A stretch of DNA of 64,000 nucleotides, from positions 70,246,001 to 70,310,000 of the forward strand of contig OX597825.1 in NCBI GenBank assembly GCA_951406725.2, read 5' to 3'. Position numbers and translations under genes: made by a program. This document shows, one piece after another, positions 59,801 to 64,000 of this stretch (the first letter of the stretch is position 1; every line of letters begins with the position of its first letter). The notes under the pieces are model-generated. The model saw nothing but the letters and a program-made list of their open reading frames with translations, searched no databases and was not told the DNA's origin. This DNA comes from Octopus vulgaris (Eukaryota).

Positions 59801-60456
59801 CAGGGGTTGCACAAAATAATGGAAACACCTTATAATTTCAGGCAAATTTGTATTAGTATGGAGTAGGTCTGCCTTTGGCAGTAATTACAGCTTAAATTCT
59901 ACGCGGTATGGATTCGCACAAAGTTTGAATTGTTTCCAAAGGAATTTTTGTGCATTCTTCAGCTGAAACGGGAGGATATCGACTCCTTACTTGTTTTTCT
60001 GAAATGCACCATAAATGTTCAATAATATTAAGATCTGGAGACTGTGGTGGCCAGATAAGATGTTCAACTTCACTAGAATGTTCCTCGTGCCATTCAGTAA
60101 CAACTTTAGCTGTGTGAATTGGTGCATTATCATCCTGAAGGATTGCGTTTCCCCTTGGAAACAGTTCTGCATCAATAGGATGAATTTGATCAGATAAAAT
60201 GCTTAAATAGTCTTGACTATTAATTCTGCCATGAAGGGAAACCATTGGGCCGGCAGATTTCCAAGATATAGGCCCCTAGATTATCACAGATCCACCTTCA
60301 TGTTTATCAGTTAGAAGGTAGTCTTGGTCAAATGCTTCTTTTGGCTGTCTCCACACGTAAACTCAGCCGGTGGTCGGAAATAAGGTTAAGGCTGACTCGT
60401 CCGATAAAATAACATTCTTCCACTACTCTAGAGACCAATTCTGTAGGTTTTTACTC
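59801..60456 (-). mobile_element. 3' half of a second copy of the same Tc1 element
   Basis: TIR caggggttgcacaaaataatggaaacacct at 59801. ORF 59892-60245 has QDDNAPIH...SPDLNIIEHLW. Truncated at a microsatellite. Confidence 0.92.
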
Positions 60457-60623
60457 TTATATATATAGACACATATATATATTTTTACTCTTATATATAT
60501 ATAGACACATATATATACACACACATATATATATTTGCACAGATATACATATATACGCAGATGGTCGGACAGACAGATATACAAATACGACACAGACTGG
60601 CAGATAGACAGATATATATATAT

Positions 60624-60748
<125 letters not shown>

Positions 60749-61021
60749 CCGACAGACAGACGGGCGTCTATGTGGGTATTCATAAGAAATAGTGATAAAA
60801 TTGCAGGGATTTACGATAATGCAGTTAAACAATTTGTTTGCAAATAAAACACGAATAATCTCAAGAAACTTTGTCGGTAAACAGTAAGTAATCTTTAAGT
60901 GGAATAAATTATTTTGATGTGAGCCAAAAGAGAGAAATCTCACGTTTCTCGACGGGCCCTTTGTTTCTTTGTATGGAGAGCACATTATGAGACGTGCGTT
61001 GCACAGCATAGACAGACAGAC

Positions 61022-61078
<57 letters not shown>

Positions 61079-61226
61079 CAAACATACATACATACATACA
61101 TACATGCATACATACATACATGCATACCTGCATATATTTATGTATAAGCACACACAGACACACACACACGTGATCACATACGCATGTATGTATGTATGTA
61201 TATCTATATCTATTTTCTCTACCTTT

Positions 61227-61292
<66 letters not shown>

Positions 61293-61496
61293 ACATATAT
61301 AAATAAATATATCCAATAGTTCCCAATCTTATGGAACTATTTTTGTAGTGCGCATGGCAAAATTTTGGAGGGAAGATTTACGAATTCAAACGTCTATGTA
61401 GGTTTAGCTTTTGCTCACTTTCTTCAAATATTTTGATGTCGCATGGTCAGAAGGTTTGAGGTACGTAGCATTTGATAAATCTTTTTCAATGGAAAG

Positions 61497-61609
61497 CTGT
61501 GCTGATGAAGGATGTGAAATATATATGCAATGTATATGAAATATATATCAAAAATATATATGAAATATATATTCAATATGTTTATAATCCAGAAACATGA
61601 TGTTCACAG
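61497..61609 (+). ncRNA. Type I hammerhead ribozyme, copy 1
   Basis: ctgtg-CTGATGA-a-ggat...atcc-a-GAAA-cat-g-atg-TT-cacag: 5-bp helix I, near-palindromic helix III, GUU triplet. Confidence 0.7.
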
Positions 61610-62129
61610 ATAACCACCAGACTTCGTTTTCGTTATCTATTCCTTCTGTTTTGCGTATGTGAATTACAGGGTTTGTCGTGCCCGGAGTCCAACTTTGATA
61701 GAAATAAGCATTCTTGACTGCTATTTCTATTTTTTCGGTATGCGGTCAAGCAACCTGTTTGCCTGTCCCTTTTTCTTATATACAATATATATACTGAACT
61801 TTACAGAAGTTCCTGCCGGTAATCGGCTATATTTACATACCGAATTCTACCAGTAAATAATTGGGGTTTTTTTAAAAGCCTTTATAGAAATTATTTACTC
61901 TTATTATTATATTACTATTTGGATTTTTCACTCCCTAATGACAACCCAATAGTTCCCAATCTTATGGAACTATTTTTGTAGTGCGCATGGCAAAATTTTG
62001 GAGGGAAGATTTACGAATTCAAACGTCTATGTAGGTTTAGCTTTTGCTCACTTTCTTCAAATATTTTGATGTCGCATGGTCAGAAGGTTTGAGGTACGTA
62101 GCATTTGATAAATCTTTTTCAATGGAAAG

Positions 62130-62242
62130 CTGTGCTGAAGAAGGATGTGAAATATATATGCAATGTATATGAAATATATATCAAAAATATATATGAAATA
62201 TATATTCAATATGTTTATAATCCAGAAACATGATGTTCACAG
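62130..62242 (+). ncRNA. Type I hammerhead ribozyme, copy 2
   Basis: Same as copy 1 but with core CTGAAGA (change at the free N7 position). Confidence 0.7.
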
Positions 62243-62417
62243 ATAACCACCAGACTTCGTTTTCGTTATCTATTCCTTCTGTTTTGCGTATGTGAATTAC
62301 AGGGTTTGTCGTGCCCGGAGTCCAACTTTGATAGAAATAAGCATTCTTGACTGCTATTTCTATTTTTTCGGTATGCGGTCAAGCAACCTGTTTGCCTGTC
62401 CCTTTTTCTTATATACA

Positions 62418-62456
<39 letters not shown>

Positions 62457-62527
62457 CATATATATATACACATATGTATATATATATATATACATATATA
62501 TACTTATATATGTATACATATAAATAC

Positions 62528-62559
<32 letters not shown>

Positions 62560-62762
62560 GCAGATAGATAGATAGATAGATAGATAGATATATAGATACA
62601 TACATACATACATACATACATACATACATACATACATACATACATACGTACACACATGCATACCTGCATATATTTATGTATAAGCACACACAGACACACA
62701 CACAAACATGCGATCACACACGCATGTATGTATGTATATCTATATCTATTTTCTCTACTTTT

Positions 62763-62798
<36 letters not shown>

Positions 62799-62904
62799 AC
62801 ATATATAAACAAATATATATATATTATATATATATATATATACATATATTATATATATTATTATATATGTATTATATATATGGGTATATATATAAATATA
62901 TATT

Positions 62905-62945
<41 letters not shown>

Positions 62946-63042
62946 ATACATACATATATATAGAGAGAGAGAAAGAGAGGCAGATAGATAGACAGACAGA
63001 CAGACAGTCAGTCAGACAGACAGACAGACAGACAGACAGATT

Positions 63043-63134
<92 letters not shown>

Positions 63135-63458
63135 TACATATACATATATATTTATATATCTAGTTGAAATTTACAGAAAAGCAAAAGAAGAAGACAGGTA
63201 TTTGAACAACAAGCAGGTGTCTTAGTTTGACGCTCAGCCGGTAAACACCAACATGATTGCGAGAACTCAACATACTGAGCGGGACAGGACTCTGTGTATG
63301 CATGCACCTGATTCAACCCAGACTGCACTGATCGATACAACACAATTGGATGCACAATATCCCACCCATGAAGGACAGTCGCAGGAGGGGTCGAAACGCT
63401 CGTCGAACTAAAGAAAGACTAATGCCACCTTCTGCTTCATTCATCAACTATATGTATG

Positions 63459-63513
<55 letters not shown>

Positions 63514-63760
63514 TGAAGCATAGTTGCCACTTAAATGTGGCTAACCCTTAAGGGTGGATGCTACTGTGGGGTGCAGCCCCAGGTGGACACCTCCTCCAGC
63601 TGGCTATTGACACACTTTCTGTATTTGCAAAGAGAAGCCATCCTTCCCATCTTCAGAAAGTGTAACAATAGCCAGCCGGAGGAGGTGTCCACCTGGGGCT
63701 ACAAGCTACAGTAGCATCCGCCCTTAAGGGTTAGCCACATTTAAGTGGCAAATATACTTC
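63514..63760. repeat. Inverted pair of family D repeat (~95-bp arms, ~60-bp spacer)
   Basis: ttgccacttaaatgtggctaacccttaaggg...gctggctatt / aatagccagc...cccttaagggttagccacatttaagtggcaa. Confidence 0.85.
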
Positions 63761-63910
63761 ACGATGCCGTGCAGCTTCTGTTTATACCTCGCTCACAGAT
63801 TTATTGTGTGTGTGTGTGTGTGTATAAGAGGCAATAGGACAATAAAAACCAAGGCAGGACTTGCATCTCAAGTCATTTAGAATATTTAATTAGGATAAGG
63901 TGAATTTGAA

Positions 63911-63986
63911 GTCTTACAGCTGTTTCTGGGATATCCCAAGCGTTAGTCTAGCATGTCCGTACATTGGGTATTCCGTCATCAGAGAC
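63911..63986 (-). ncRNA. Type I hammerhead ribozyme
   Basis: Minus strand: gtct-CTGATGA-cggaatacccaa-loop-ttgggatatccca-GAAA-cagctg-TA-agac; palindromic helix III, GUA triplet. Confidence 0.75.
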
Positions 63987-64000
63987 AAGGTGAGTATGTA

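Larger units (their letters stand above)
61313..62426 (+). repeat. Direct repeat of ~480 bp (61313-61793 and 61946-62426), each containing a hammerhead
   Basis: Near-identical copies starting ccaatagttcccaatcttatgg; period 633 bp. Confidence 0.95.

Noticed and set aside
63670-63800. HDV-like ribozyme in family D (hairpin followed by CTAA; CTCCTC)
   Set aside because: The elements are in the wrong order, and I could not build the P1/P1.1/P2 pseudoknot by eye.

Overview
This is repeat-rich eukaryotic (animal) DNA, not prokaryotic. The SINE families and extreme microsatellite load suggest an octopus/cephalopod genome, which is my inference and has not been checked by a search. Almost all ORFs in the supplied track are microsatellite translations. 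Most of the window is intronic or intergenic: dozens of (TA)n, (CA)n, (GATA)n and (CATA)n tracts, three tRNA-derived SINE families, decayed Tc1/mariner elements and MITEs, Helitron-like inserts, CR1-like and RTE LINE 3' ends, and a rearranged Neptune-type Penelope-like element (PLE) at about 56.8-59.3 kb with ~480-bp inverted terminal arms. Two phase-compatible minus-strand exons (43119-43271 and 27207-27345) appear to encode the N-terminus of a host ankyrin-repeat protein. The main unexplained signal is about 19 type I hammerhead ribozyme (HHR)-like motifs, intact to degenerate, most in short non-coding islands next to (TA)n or other microsatellites. They include a tandem HHR pair 633 nt apart (retrozyme/circular-RNA-like), an inverted HHR pair, a five-copy family with a fixed non-canonical CUGUNGA core, and a U3-A8 core variant in both PLE arms. 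All ribozyme calls come from manual folding and need covariance-model and cleavage tests. Repeat boundaries are approximate.
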